Assembly (NCBI GenBank): GCA_029983505.1
Contig: JASBZK010000003.1
Span: 18,422 to 82,421, forward strand
Direction: 5' to 3'
Length of the DNA stretch: 64,000 bases
Source: Porphyromonas sp.
GTDB taxonomy: Bacteria > Bacteroidota > Bacteroidia > Bacteroidales > Porphyromonadaceae
The number at the start of each line of letters is the position of its first letter. The first letter of the stretch is position 1. Under the pieces are notes generated by a model. The model searched no databases, was not told where the DNA came from, and was given only the letters and a program-made list of their open reading frames with translations. Of this stretch, positions 1-9,343 are shown piece after piece. A program made the position numbers and the translations under genes.

Positions 1-1110
1 ATCATAGACGACTTCAACCCCAACGCACTCCTCGTGGGTTTCGGACGGCGGTTTGCGACCTACAAACGGGCGCACCTCCTCTTCACGGATCTCGAGAAGC
101 TGAGTACCATCGTCAATAATCCCGACTACCCGGTACAGTTTATATTCACCGGCAAAGCACACCCTGCCGATGGCGGCGGACAAGGCCTCATCAAACGCAT
201 CATCGAGATCTCCAAGAGACCGGAGTTCCGCGGGAAGATCCTTTTTATCGAAAACTACGATATCAAGGTAGCTCAGTCCCTTATAGCAGGCGTGGACGTG
301 TGGCTCAATACCCCGACACGCCCCCTCGAAGCATCCGGCACTTCCGGTATGAAGGCGCTGATGAATGGCGTCCTCAATTACTCTGTCCTCGACGGGTGGT
401 GGTATGAAGGCTATGTGGAAGGCGGCGGCTGGGCGATTACGGACAAACGCTCTTTCGACGACCAGAGCCTACAGGATCAGCTCGACGCAGCCACGATCTA
501 CCGCACACTCGAGGACGAAGTCATCCCGCTCTACTACGACCGCAAAGACGGTAAAGCCTACTCTGAGGGGTGGATCAAGGCCATCAAGACCTCTATGAGC
601 AAGATTTTGCCTCACTTCACTATGAGGCGGATGATAGACGACTACATAGTGCGCTTCTACCGACCTATCGCAGCGCACTACAAGATGCTTCACGCTGACG
701 ACGACGCGAAAGTCAAGGAGATCGTGGCGTGGAAGCGCGCAGTGGCTCAGCACTGGCGTTCGCTCGAAGTCCTCGAAGTGGACGTAACGAGCGAGGGGTC
801 TCAGATGACCTATTTCCCGATCGGATATAAGTTCGGGATGAAGGTGGTCTTGGACATGCACGATCTGGACTGTGATCTGAACGTCGACCTTGTTATTGCC
901 GAAGAAGATCCCATGAGACACATTCTCTCTTTTGTGGAGAAGATACCGCTTCACCTCGTAGCCCAAGAAGGCTCGAGACGCACCTACCAGATGGAGCACG
1001 ACGTGGATAACCCCGGCTCCCAAAAAGTGGCCGTACGCATCACGCCCACGCACCCCATCCTCCCCTACGGAACGGACTTCGCATACATCCATTGGGAGCC
1101 TTTATTCTAA
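1..1110 (+). CDS. alpha-glucan (glycogen/maltodextrin) phosphorylase, GT35 family, C-terminal part; 5' end lies outside the window
   Basis: Frame 1 is open from nt 1 (IIDDFNPNALLVGFGRR...). Contains GKAHPADGGGQGLIKRI and the PLP-lysine motif EASGTSGMKALMNG. Confidence 0.85.
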   Translation: MIDDFNPNALLVGFGRRFATYKRAHLLFTDLEKLSTIVNNPDYPVQFIFTGKAHPADGGGQGLIKRIIEISKRPEFRGKILFIENYDIKVAQSLIAGVDVWLNTPTRPLEASGTSGMKALMNGVLNYSVLDGWWYEGYVEGGGWAITDKRSFDDQSLQDQLDAATIYRTLEDEVIPLYYDRKDGKAYSEGWIKAIKTSMSKILPHFTMRRMIDDYIVRFYRPIAAHYKMLHADDDAKVKEIVAWKRAVAQHWRSLEVLEVDVTSEGSQMTYFPIGYKFGMKVVLDMHDLDCDLNVDLVIAEEDPMRHILSFVEKIPLHLVAQEGSRRTYQMEHDVDNPGSQKVAVRITPTHPILPYGTDFAYIHWEPLF

Positions 1111-1173
1111 GCGGGGAGCGGTTCGAATCCGAATTTTATTCATTTACAGCTTATCCTAAGACATCATACTCAC

Positions 1174-3159
1174 ATGAGACTAAATCTTAGCTCGCAGATC
1201 GTTTTGGATCAGGTTGAGGAGCGTCTTTATCGTCCGGGCAATGCCTACGAAAAGACGATGCTTACCGCCTACGAAAAGATCAACACCAACATCTATCCTT
1301 CCGATGAGGAAGTCGCCTCTGTCGTCGCTCAGAGCATAGCCGACGACATCAACGAGTACGCAAAGCCGGATCGACCTTTCACGCTTGTGGTCTCAGGCGG
1401 AGAGAGCCCCGATCCCGTACTCAAAGCTCTCGTTACGCTTCATAAGGAGGGAAAGGTCTCGTTTCGCAACGTCCACGTCTTCCCGATGTACGAGTTTTTC
1501 CCCCTTCGCAACCCCAATGACGGGGTTCTCGGACACCTCCGCGAAGAGTTGCTCGACCGGGTCGACATTCCGGAAGCGAACGTCCACGCTTTCGACGTGG
1601 ATGTGCCTAAGGACGAAATCGAGAGGAGCTGGGAAGCGTACTACGACAGTTTACAAAAGTTGGGTGGCATAGATACCATCATCCTCGGAGTAGGGCGTCG
1701 CGCTTCGGTGGGGCTGAATGCCCCCGGGTCGGTGGCCGTCCGCGGTCTTCGTCTGACCGCCCTTGATGCGACTTCCATAGCAGAGTCTGTCAAGCACTTC
1801 AATACGAAAGAAAACGTGCCGAGGACGGCCGTAAATCTCGGTATCGGTGAGGTCTTGAGATCCAAAAAGATCATCCTCCTTGCGTTTGGAGAAGCGAAAG
1901 CAGAGATCATCAAAACCGTCGTCGAGGGACCCGAGTCCAACTCCGTGCCGGCCTCTTTGCTCCGCTCTCACGACCAGATTAAGCTCTATATCGACCTCCA
2001 TGCGGCCGAGGAACTTACCCGCATCAAACACCCCTGGAAGGTCACTTCTCTCGATTGGACCCCGAAACTCATCCGTCGTGCCATCGTTTGGCTGTGCCAC
2101 GAAGTGGGAAAACCGATCCTCAACCTCACCAATCAAGACTACTCCGATCATCAGCTCGGCGAACTTCTTACGAAATACGGCTCCGCCTACGAGGTCAATA
2201 TCAAAGTCTTCAACGACATCCAACACACCATCACCGGCTGGCCCGGCGGCAAACCCAATGCCGACGATTCTCAGAGACCGGAGCGTGCGCTGCCCGAGAA
2301 GAAGCGTGTCCTCATCTTCAGCCCCCATCCCGACGACGACGTAATTTCTATGGGCGGGACTTTTCACCGCCTGGTCGAACAGGGTCACGACGTACACGTA
2401 GCCTACGAGACGAGCGGCAATATCGCCGTGGGGGATGAGGAAGTAATCCGCTACCTTGCTTTCCTGCGCAACGTACTCGAGCACGAAGGTGCCGAAGGCA
2501 GCGAGCTTTACAAGAAAGCGAATGTCCTCAGGGATTATCTCCTTTACGAAAAAGAAGAGGGCGCTCTTGAGACCCCCGAGACGCGGTTCCTCAAGGGGAC
2601 GATACGTAGGGAGGAAGCCCGCACGGCAGACCGTTTCATCGGGGTCAAAAAAGACTACATCCACTTCTTGGATCTGCCGTTTTACGAAACGGGCGCCATC
2701 AAAAAAGGTCCTCTGACCGAAAAGGACGTGGAGCGGGTGATCGAACTGCTTCGTGCAGTAAAGCCTCACCAGATCTTTGTGGCAGGTGACTTGGCAGACC
2801 CGCATGGGACGCACCGTGTGGCGCTCAATGCCGCACTTGCGGCTCTTGATGTGCTGAAAGATGAGGAGTGGATGAAGGACTGCCGGATCTGGATGTACCG
2901 TGGAGCGTGGGCCGAGTGGGACATCGAGGACATCGAAATGGCGGTGCCGATGAGTCCCGAGCAACTGCGTTTTAAGCGCAATTCCATCCTCAAACATCAG
3001 TCTCAGATGGAGGCCGCACCGTTCCTCGGAGACGACGAACGCCTATTCTGGCAACGCTCCGAGGATCGCAACCGTGCTACGGCGGAACTTTACCGCAAGT
3101 TGGGTCTGGCTTCTTACGAGGCGATCGAGGCGTTTGTCCGCTACCACCCGATCCCCTGA
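1174..3159 (+). CDS. nagB: long-form glucosamine-6-phosphate deaminase: NagB/sugar-isomerase N-domain fused to a LmbE/PIG-L-type deacetylase-like C-domain
   Basis: 661 aa. The N-terminal half is NagB-like (LVVSGGESP, ILGVG). The C-terminal half carries the LmbE motif SPHPDDDVISMGG and a later HxxH-type region (DPHGTHRV). Confidence 0.8.
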   Translation: MRLNLSSQIVLDQVEERLYRPGNAYEKTMLTAYEKINTNIYPSDEEVASVVAQSIADDINEYAKPDRPFTLVVSGGESPDPVLKALVTLHKEGKVSFRNVHVFPMYEFFPLRNPNDGVLGHLREELLDRVDIPEANVHAFDVDVPKDEIERSWEAYYDSLQKLGGIDTIILGVGRRASVGLNAPGSVAVRGLRLTALDATSIAESVKHFNTKENVPRTAVNLGIGEVLRSKKIILLAFGEAKAEIIKTVVEGPESNSVPASLLRSHDQIKLYIDLHAAEELTRIKHPWKVTSLDWTPKLIRRAIVWLCHEVGKPILNLTNQDYSDHQLGELLTKYGSAYEVNIKVFNDIQHTITGWPGGKPNADDSQRPERALPEKKRVLIFSPHPDDDVISMGGTFHRLVEQGHDVHVAYETSGNIAVGDEEVIRYLAFLRNVLEHEGAEGSELYKKANVLRDYLLYEKEEGALETPETRFLKGTIRREEARTADRFIGVKKDYIHFLDLPFYETGAIKKGPLTEKDVERVIELLRAVKPHQIFVAGDLADPHGTHRVALNAALAALDVLKDEEWMKDCRIWMYRGAWAEWDIEDIEMAVPMSPEQLRFKRNSILKHQSQMEAAPFLGDDERLFWQRSEDRNRATAELYRKLGLASYEAIEAFVRYHPIP

Positions 3160-3187
3160 CGTTTGGCACCCCAACGATAGACCAAAC

Positions 3188-3268
3188 GAGACACGTACCA
3201 AGGAGAAATCTTTGGTACGTGTCTCCTTTTCTTCCGGGTCCGTACCACGTGGTGCGCTATGTCCGTAC
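3188..3268. repeat. 23-nt-period module element; its first hairpin plus T-run is the likely nagB terminator
   Basis: GAGACACGTACCAA (3188-3201), a 10-nt loop, TTGGTACGTGTCTC (3212-3225), followed by CTTTTCTT. Degenerate GTCCGTAC modules at 3238 and 3261 (23 nt apart). Confidence 0.85.
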
Positions 3269-3343
3269 AAAATTCTTTGGCAGCTCGAAGCTTGCAGAAG
3301 AAGGGAGACGGGAGACGGGAGGGGAAAGGTGGGGCTATGGGGC

Positions 3344-4390
3344 TTATTCTATTCCTCGCTCATTCAGCGCCTGCCTGTACCGGCTTGCCTTAAGGGCGTG
3401 CTCAGAGAGGGTTTCGGAGAAATCGTGGTAGCCGCTGAAATCGGGCTTGGCGACCATATAGAGGAACTTGTGTTTTTGTGCGCCAAGTACCCCCTCTATT
3501 GCCTGCAAAGAGGGAATGCGTATGGGACCGGGTGGCAGCCCCCTATACTTGTAAGTGTTGTAGGGACTGTCCACGGAGAGATGACCTTGGAGTATTCGCT
3601 TGAGACCAAAGTCTCGTAGGGCAAATTTGACCGTAGGGTCGGCTTGCAAGGGTATGCCGAGACGAAGACGGTTGAGGTAGAGTCCTGCAATCAGCGGGTA
3701 TTCGTCTGTCATCGTGCTCTCCTCCTCCTCCACGATGGAAGCCAAAATAGATACTTCGTAAGGCGTGAGACCGAGTCCCTTTGCTTTTTCCTTTCGCCTT
3801 TCAGTCCAAAACGCCCGGTACTCTTCTTCCAGCTTTTTTACCAAATCTTCGGGTGCAATAGTCCAGTAGACTTCGTATGTGTTAGGGATGAGACGATAGG
3901 CCATAGTGGTGTCCGGGACGCCGATTTCTTCCAAAAGAGACCGATTCGTCATCGCTTTTGCGACAGAGACGCTGTCGGCCATAATGCGCCTCGAGAGCTG
4001 TTCCCACATCTCTTCGGGCAATCTTCGAGACGTGAATGTGAGCCTTACGGGAGTTTGGTGACCGCTTGCCACCCGCTTGAATAGCGAAAAGACGGTCGTA
4101 TTCGGCTCTATGCGGTAGGCCCCCGCTTTCGGATTCAGACCGGGATTAAGCCCCTCTATGGCTCCGAAGATCCAGTAGCTTCTCGAGTTCGTCATCCTTG
4201 CATCCAGCGAATCGAGCACCGTGGTCCACTCGCTATCGGGGTAGACGTAGACCCACTCGGCTTTGTCGGACTTGAGGTTAAAGGTCGCTTTCCCGAAAAG
4301 CAGATAGCTCAGCCATAAGCCGACCAAAATGACGAGTACGACGAAGGCAGTGAGGATATAGGCAGGGGATGTGTCGGGGCGTTTGGGCAT
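3344..4390 (-). CDS. mltG: endolytic murein transglycosylase MltG (YceG family)
   Basis: N-terminal TM helix, then YceG-type motifs (ASIVEEE, YNTYKYRGLPPGPIRIPS). ATG at 4390 is preferred over the TTG-initiated ORF-track start at 4459, which lies about 17 nt from a -7 box. Confidence 0.85.
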   Translation of the reverse strand: MPKRPDTSPAYILTAFVVLVILVGLWLSYLLFGKATFNLKSDKAEWVYVYPDSEWTTVLDSLDARMTNSRSYWIFGAIEGLNPGLNPKAGAYRIEPNTTVFSLFKRVASGHQTPVRLTFTSRRLPEEMWEQLSRRIMADSVSVAKAMTNRSLLEEIGVPDTTMAYRLIPNTYEVYWTIAPEDLVKKLEEEYRAFWTERRKEKAKGLGLTPYEVSILASIVEEEESTMTDEYPLIAGLYLNRLRLGIPLQADPTVKFALRDFGLKRILQGHLSVDSPYNTYKYRGLPPGPIRIPSLQAIEGVLGAQKHKFLYMVAKPDFSGYHDFSETLSEHALKASRYRQALNERGIE

Positions 4391-4475
4391 AAACGGTCGG
4401 AGCTTATTCGTGAAAAAGTGCGGGGCAGAGGAGGGTACGTGGCGTGAAAGACCCGCCAAGAACCATTTCCGCTTA

Positions 4476-4483
4476 CAAAGATA
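4476..4483 (-). promoter_or_regulatory. candidate Bacteroidota sigma-A -7 box (TATCTTTG on the minus strand) for mltG
   Basis: Plus strand reads caaagata, whose reverse complement TATCTTTG matches TAnnTTTG. Located upstream of mltG. Confidence 0.4.
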
Positions 4484-4496
4484 AGTCTTTTAGAGG

Positions 4497-4504
4497 TATC
4501 TTTG
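4497..4504 (+). promoter_or_regulatory. candidate -7 box TATCTTTG for ispG
   Basis: Exact TAnnTTTG match about 95 nt upstream of the ispG ATG at 4598. It overlaps the TTG codon that opens the ORF-track version of the ORF. Confidence 0.4.
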
Positions 4505-4597
4505 GAAAGCAAAAAAATAGATGGATCGGGAGTAGAGCGGAAAAGGGTCTCAGTCCTTTTTTGGTACGACACCCGGTCAAAAAAGACGGTAACCGAT

Positions 4598-6268
4598 ATG
4601 AGATTTGAATACAGAAGGCGACGGACGAACCCTGTCCGTGTCGCCAACCTGACGATAGGGGGCGAAGCGCCCATCGTGGTGCAGTCTATGGCGAACGTCA
4701 ATACGAACGACATAGAGGGCGGCACCGAGCAGGCGGCACGCATCATTGATGCGGGGGGCAAGATGGTACGCTTTACCACTCAAGGGACGAGGGAGGCTGA
4801 GGCTCTGGGGCGGATTCGCTCGGGGTTGCGCGCGAGTGGGTATGAGGCACCCCTTGTGGCGGATGTCCATTTCCGAAAAGAGGTCGCCTTTGTCGCTGCG
4901 GAGCATGCAGATAAGGTCAGAATCAATCCCGGTAACTTTTACGATTCGGTCATTAAGAGGGGACAGAGCTTCACTCCGGAGGAGTTTGAGGCGGATCTCA
5001 AAGGCCTTCGGGAAGAATTTGGCCGCTTCGTCGACCTGTGCAAAGAGAAAGGCGTCGCCATCCGCATCGGGGTGAACCATGGCTCGCTCTCCGGACGCAT
5101 AATGGACCGGTACGGGGATACGCCGCTCGGGATGGTTTCCGGATGTATGGAGTATCTCGAAGTCTGTGCCGAAAAGGGCTTCGAGGACGTGGTCATTTCC
5201 ATCAAGTCCTCAAATACAAAGGTGATGGCAGAGACGGTGATCCTTCTCTCGAAGACGATGGAAGAGAGAGGAATGCACTATCCGCTCCACCTCGGAGTGA
5301 CGGAAGCCGGAGATGGTGAAGACGGACGTCTGAAGAGTGCCGTCGGCATCGGAGCTCTTCTCAGTCTCGGTCTCGGGGACACCATCAGGGTGTCTCTTAC
5401 GGAGGCACCGGAGGCAGAGATCCCTGTGGCGGGTCTTCTCGTCCGACTGACAGAGGAATTGGCGCTCAATCCTGTGGTGGAGACTTCGGGCGAAGCTCCT
5501 ACACTGCAAGTCCCCCGAAGCAATACCGGGGAGCTGCCCAAGTACCCTGAGGTGATCGCGGACTATGACGAGGCATTTTTGTCTGTGTCGGAGTGTGAGC
5601 GTCCCGATGTGCTTTTTGGACCAAAAGGGTCAATGGCAGAAGAGGATATAGAAGTGCTCACCGACGAAGAGATTTTGGGCGGGTATGGGTTCTCCGGCGG
5701 CAAAAGACGCGTAATAGAAATCACCCGTCCGAATGTCCCCCTTGTGCTGCGCGCGATGGATGAGCTTATCGAGCCGGGGTACATTATCCGGATGAAAGCG
5801 GACTATACGCCTGAAGAGATGCCCACGAGACTTGGTTTCATGCTCGGAGCCAAACTGCTCTTCGGGTCACCCTTGGGCGGACTTTGGCTGAGGAGCGGGT
5901 CGGTTACCCCGCAGGAATTGGCTCGACTTTCATACGGACTACTGCAGGCGTCGCGTTTGCGCTTCACGAAGACGGAGTACATTGCTTGCCCGAGTTGCGG
6001 GCGGACGCTCTTTGATTTGCCCACCACTTTGCAGCGCATACGAGAGGCGACGAAGCACCTCAAAGGGCTCAAAATCGGGGTGATGGGTTGTGTGGTCAAC
6101 GGTCCCGGAGAGATGGCGGATGCCGACTACGGCTATGTGGGCTCCGGTGTAGGCTTGGTGGATCTGTACAAGGGAAAAGAAAAAGTGGAGCGAGCGATCC
6201 CCTCGGGAGATGCCGTCACTCACCTGATCGACCTCATCAAGGCCAATGGTGACTGGCAGGAACCTTAA
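4598..6268 (+). CDS. ispG: 4-hydroxy-3-methylbut-2-en-1-yl diphosphate synthase IspG/GcpE, long form with inserted domain
   Basis: TIM-barrel N-domain (VVQSMANVNT, RINPGN). C-terminal 4Fe-4S motifs CPSCGRT and GCVVNGPGE. A roughly 250-aa insert typical of the Bacteroidota/plant type. Start moved to ATG 4598 (MRFEYRRRRTNPVRV). Confidence 0.9.
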   Translation: MRFEYRRRRTNPVRVANLTIGGEAPIVVQSMANVNTNDIEGGTEQAARIIDAGGKMVRFTTQGTREAEALGRIRSGLRASGYEAPLVADVHFRKEVAFVAAEHADKVRINPGNFYDSVIKRGQSFTPEEFEADLKGLREEFGRFVDLCKEKGVAIRIGVNHGSLSGRIMDRYGDTPLGMVSGCMEYLEVCAEKGFEDVVISIKSSNTKVMAETVILLSKTMEERGMHYPLHLGVTEAGDGEDGRLKSAVGIGALLSLGLGDTIRVSLTEAPEAEIPVAGLLVRLTEELALNPVVETSGEAPTLQVPRSNTGELPKYPEVIADYDEAFLSVSECERPDVLFGPKGSMAEEDIEVLTDEEILGGYGFSGGKRRVIEITRPNVPLVLRAMDELIEPGYIIRMKADYTPEEMPTRLGFMLGAKLLFGSPLGGLWLRSGSVTPQELARLSYGLLQASRLRFTKTEYIACPSCGRTLFDLPTTLQRIREATKHLKGLKIGVMGCVVNGPGEMADADYGYVGSGVGLVDLYKGKEKVERAIPSGDAVTHLIDLIKANGDWQEP

Positions 6269-6334
6269 TCCGGGAGACACGCATTAAGAGATGACTTCTG
6301 CACGTAAAGCAGTGTAAAAGTCTGAACTTGATGG

Positions 6335-6428
6335 GGTACGTACCGAGAAGATCTCCTTGGTACGTATGACAATGAGACGAGATACGGACCGGGAAGATCG
6401 CGAGATACGGGTCAAAAACAGCCGGGTA
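6335..6428. repeat. 23-nt-period GAGAYACRKACC module element, copy A of the roughly 95-nt subfamily (inverted relative to copies B and C)
   Basis: Contains GGTACGTACC at 6335, a hairpin at about 6337-6367, and GAGATACGGACC at 6379 and GAGATACGGGTC at 6402 (23 nt apart). Its reverse complement aligns to 21305-21401 with about nine in ten identities by eye. Confidence 0.85.
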
Positions 6429-6515
6429 TATCCTGTGATTCTTTGTTGGCAAAGTTTCTGATGCACGCGTCCCGGTACGCCTCCGTGCTTTAGCGGAGCA
6501 TACCCACTTTTTCGG

Positions 6516-6523
6516 TATCTTTG
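6516..6523 (+). promoter_or_regulatory. candidate -7 box TATCTTTG for lysS
   Basis: Exact TAnnTTTG match about 120 nt upstream of the lysS ATG at 6645. Confidence 0.4.
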
Positions 6524-6644
6524 TAGAAAATAGGGAGGGTAATACGATTCGGAGCGTGGCTGAGAGAGAAAGAACGAAAACGACCACGCTCGGAGATTTT
6601 TGTACAAGACAGACACATATCGTTTTCTTACACAATTGCCATTC

Positions 6645-8207
6645 ATGAGCAACAATAGAGTATTTAGCGAACAGGAGCTATTGAGACGGCAGAGTCTCGA
6701 GGCACTCAGAAAACTCGGAATTGACCCCTATCCCGCAGAGGCTTTCGATGTCACGGCCACTGCCCAAAGCATAAAAGATACATTTGATCCCGAAGCTCCG
6801 GAGAAGGAGATTACATTGGCAGGGCGCTTGATGACACGGCGCATAATGGGCAAAGCGTCCTTTGCCGAACTGATGGACTCCACCGGAAGGATCCAACTCT
6901 ACATCACACGCGACGACATCGCCCATGATGAGGAGAAAACGATGTACAACACGGTTTTCAAGAAACTGCTCGACATAGGGGACTTCATAGGCGTACGCGG
7001 GTTTGCTTTTGTGACCAAGACAGGCGAGCTCACGGTTCACGTCAAGGAGCTGAAAGTTCTCTCCAAGGCGCTTAGACCGCTCCCCGTCGTCAAGCAAAAG
7101 GATGGCGAGACTTTCGACGCGTTCACGGATCCCGAGCTCCGCTATCGGATGCGCTACGTGGATCTTGTGGTTAATCCTGAGGTGAGGGAACGTTTTGTGA
7201 AGCGTACCCGTACTTTTGACGCCTTTCGCTCTTTTTTCAACGAGAGAGGGTATCTGGAAGTAGAAACACCGGTACTTCAGAGCATCCCGGGTGGTGCGGC
7301 CGCACGACCTTTCATCACCCACCTCAATGCCCTCGATATTCCCCTCTACCTCCGCATCGCCGATGAACTTTACCTCAAAAGGCTGATCGTGGGCGGCTTT
7401 AACGGCGTGTACGAGTTCTCCCGAAACTTCAGAAACGAGGGGATGGATCGCACCCACAACCCCGAGTTTACTGCTATGGAAGTCTATGTCCCCTACAAGG
7501 ACTACGACTGGATGATGGAGATGACCGAGCAGCTCCTCGAGTACACTGCCCGAAAAGTCAACGGGACGACAAAAGTAACCGTCCGAGGCCAGGAGATAGA
7601 CTTCAAGGCTCCGTATCCCCGCATCACGATGACGGACGCGATAAAGGAGCATGCCAACTACGACATCACCGGCAAAAGCGAAGAAGAGATCCGCGCGGCC
7701 TGCAAGGATCGCGGTATGGAAGTGGATGAGACGATGGGCAAAGGTAAGCTCATCGATGAGCTCTTTGGTACGTTTTGCGAACCGAAGTACATCCAGCCTA
7801 CCTACATTATAGACTACCCGATAGAGATGTCTCCGCTTACGAAGAAGCACCGCTCCAAAGAGGGACTTACGGAGCGCTTTGAGCTGATGGTCGCCGGCAA
7901 GGAGCTTGCGAACGCGTACTCCGAGCTTAACGACCCGATCGATCAGTACGAGCGCTTCCAGGAGCAATTGAGGCTCTCGGAGAAGGGCGATGATGAGGCG
8001 ATGTTTATCGACCAAGACTTTATACGCGCGCTTGAATACGGGATGCCGCCTACGAGCGGGATGGGTATCGGGATGGATCGTCTCGTGATGTACCTTACGG
8101 GACAGGACACGATCCAGGAGGTGCTTTTCTTCCCTCAGATGAAACCGGAGCGGCAGAACCCCAACAGCATTTCCGGAGATGCCGAAGAGGAGGCCGGGGA
8201 AAAGTAA
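6645..8207 (+). CDS. lysS: lysine--tRNA ligase, class II
   Basis: OB-fold N-domain and class II core motifs ([41 protein letters not shown]). Start set at ATG 6645 (MSNNRVF...). Confidence 0.95.
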   Translation: MSNNRVFSEQELLRRQSLEALRKLGIDPYPAEAFDVTATAQSIKDTFDPEAPEKEITLAGRLMTRRIMGKASFAELMDSTGRIQLYITRDDIAHDEEKTMYNTVFKKLLDIGDFIGVRGFAFVTKTGELTVHVKELKVLSKALRPLPVVKQKDGETFDAFTDPELRYRMRYVDLVVNPEVRERFVKRTRTFDAFRSFFNERGYLEVETPVLQSIPGGAAARPFITHLNALDIPLYLRIADELYLKRLIVGGFNGVYEFSRNFRNEGMDRTHNPEFTAMEVYVPYKDYDWMMEMTEQLLEYTARKVNGTTKVTVRGQEIDFKAPYPRITMTDAIKEHANYDITGKSEEEIRAACKDRGMEVDETMGKGKLIDELFGTFCEPKYIQPTYIIDYPIEMSPLTKKHRSKEGLTERFELMVAGKELANAYSELNDPIDQYERFQEQLRLSEKGDDEAMFIDQDFIRALEYGMPPTSGMGIGMDRLVMYLTGQDTIQEVLFFPQMKPERQNPNSISGDAEEEAGEK

Positions 8208-8256
8208 GCCCGAAATCCTCTCCTGCAATTTGATCTAACTGTTTTTAGCTTGAGTT

Positions 8257-9294
8257 ATGGCTGAACCACAGAGTCAGCATCTATCCGTTGAGGGGTGGAC
8301 GCCCGGAAAAATTGTCGTCATAGGGGGAGGAAGCTGGGCTACGGCTTTGGCGAAAATCCTCCTTGACTCCGGCGTCGGGCGCATAGGCTGGTACTTCCGC
8401 TTTCACGACACCGTCAAGAAGTTTAAGCAGGGCCGGCATAATCCGTCGTACCTCACCACCGTTACTTTCGACACGGATCGGATAGACTTTTATTCGGACA
8501 TCCACTTGGCGGTGAAGGAGGCGGATACCATCCTTCTTGTCACACCTTCGCCGTACATCCTCGGCACTTTTGAGAAGATCAAAAAAGAGGAGATGAGGGG
8601 AAAGTTTGTCCTCAATGCGACCAAAGGGATCATCCCGGACAAGTACCGGACGATTTCTTCGTACTTGAGCGAAGACTTCGACCTGCCTCTGGATATGATC
8701 GGAGTCATCAGCGGACCGACTCATGCCGAAGAGGTGGCGCTCGAGAAGACTTCTTACCTCACTGTGGCGTGCAGTGACGTCAAAAAAGCCGAGACACTCG
8801 ATAAGGTGCTTACGGCTCCCTATGTGCGTACTTACGTCAGCCTTGACGTCAACGGTATCGAATACGGTACTGTGCTGAAAAATATCTACGCCGTCGCCGC
8901 CGGCATCTGTCAGGGACTAAAGCTGGGGGACAACTTCCAAGCCGTCCTTATCGCCAACGCTGCCGCGGAAATGGATCGCTTTACTAAAGCACTCTCCACT
9001 ACGAGGTGTCCGATTACGGACTCCGTATACCTTGGCGACCTGCTCGTCACCTGCTACTCCAAGTACAGTCGCAATCGCACGCTCGGTACCTTGCTCGGTC
9101 GGGGCTACTCCGTGATGCAGGCGCAGCTTGAGATGGAGATGGTGGCAGAAGGGTACTATGGCGCCAAGTGCATCCATATCCTGAATAAACAGGTGAAGGC
9201 TTTTTTGCCCATAGCAGAAACAGTCTATCAGATCCTGTATCACAAAGAAAATGCCCAAAAAGCCATCGACAGACTTGCCGGGCTTATTCACTAA
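8257..9294 (+). CDS. gpsA: NAD(P)H-dependent glycerol-3-phosphate dehydrogenase
   Basis: Rossmann motif IGGGSWATALA, GPTHAEEV and a GpsA-like C-terminal domain. Confidence 0.9.
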   Translation: MAEPQSQHLSVEGWTPGKIVVIGGGSWATALAKILLDSGVGRIGWYFRFHDTVKKFKQGRHNPSYLTTVTFDTDRIDFYSDIHLAVKEADTILLVTPSPYILGTFEKIKKEEMRGKFVLNATKGIIPDKYRTISSYLSEDFDLPLDMIGVISGPTHAEEVALEKTSYLTVACSDVKKAETLDKVLTAPYVRTYVSLDVNGIEYGTVLKNIYAVAAGICQGLKLGDNFQAVLIANAAAEMDRFTKALSTTRCPITDSVYLGDLLVTCYSKYSRNRTLGTLLGRGYSVMQAQLEMEMVAEGYYGAKCIHILNKQVKAFLPIAETVYQILYHKENAQKAIDRLAGLIH

Positions 9295-9343
9295 CGAAGC
9301 ATAGAGCTCCACATTATCATAGCATAGAAAATAACTGATTACT

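Noticed and set aside
6552-6601. Hairpin GAGCGTGG...CCACGCTC followed by TTTTT in the lysS leader, considered as a possible attenuator or T-box-like element.
   Set aside because: The stem is only 8 bp with a 24-nt loop. The T-run is separated from the stem by GGAGA. There is no specifier or T-box sequence and no alternative antiterminator that I can draw. This is too weak to call.
6678-8228. 516-aa ORF antisense to lysS. Similar cases: 1651-2997 (nagB), 14499-15686 (lptB/lpxH), 27405-28625 (thiH), 31245-32237 (thiC), 35271-36515 (lon), 45639-46625 (secA), 49761-50762 (UPF0597), 54464-55423.
   Set aside because: Every case I checked is in the exact codon-complement frame of a well-supported sense gene. 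For example, 6678 and 6645 are both 0 mod 3, 27405 and 27438 are both 0, 35271 and 34875 are both 0, and 45639 and 44439 are both 0. These are expected by-products of codon bias in a GC-rich genome and give no evidence for overlapping genes.
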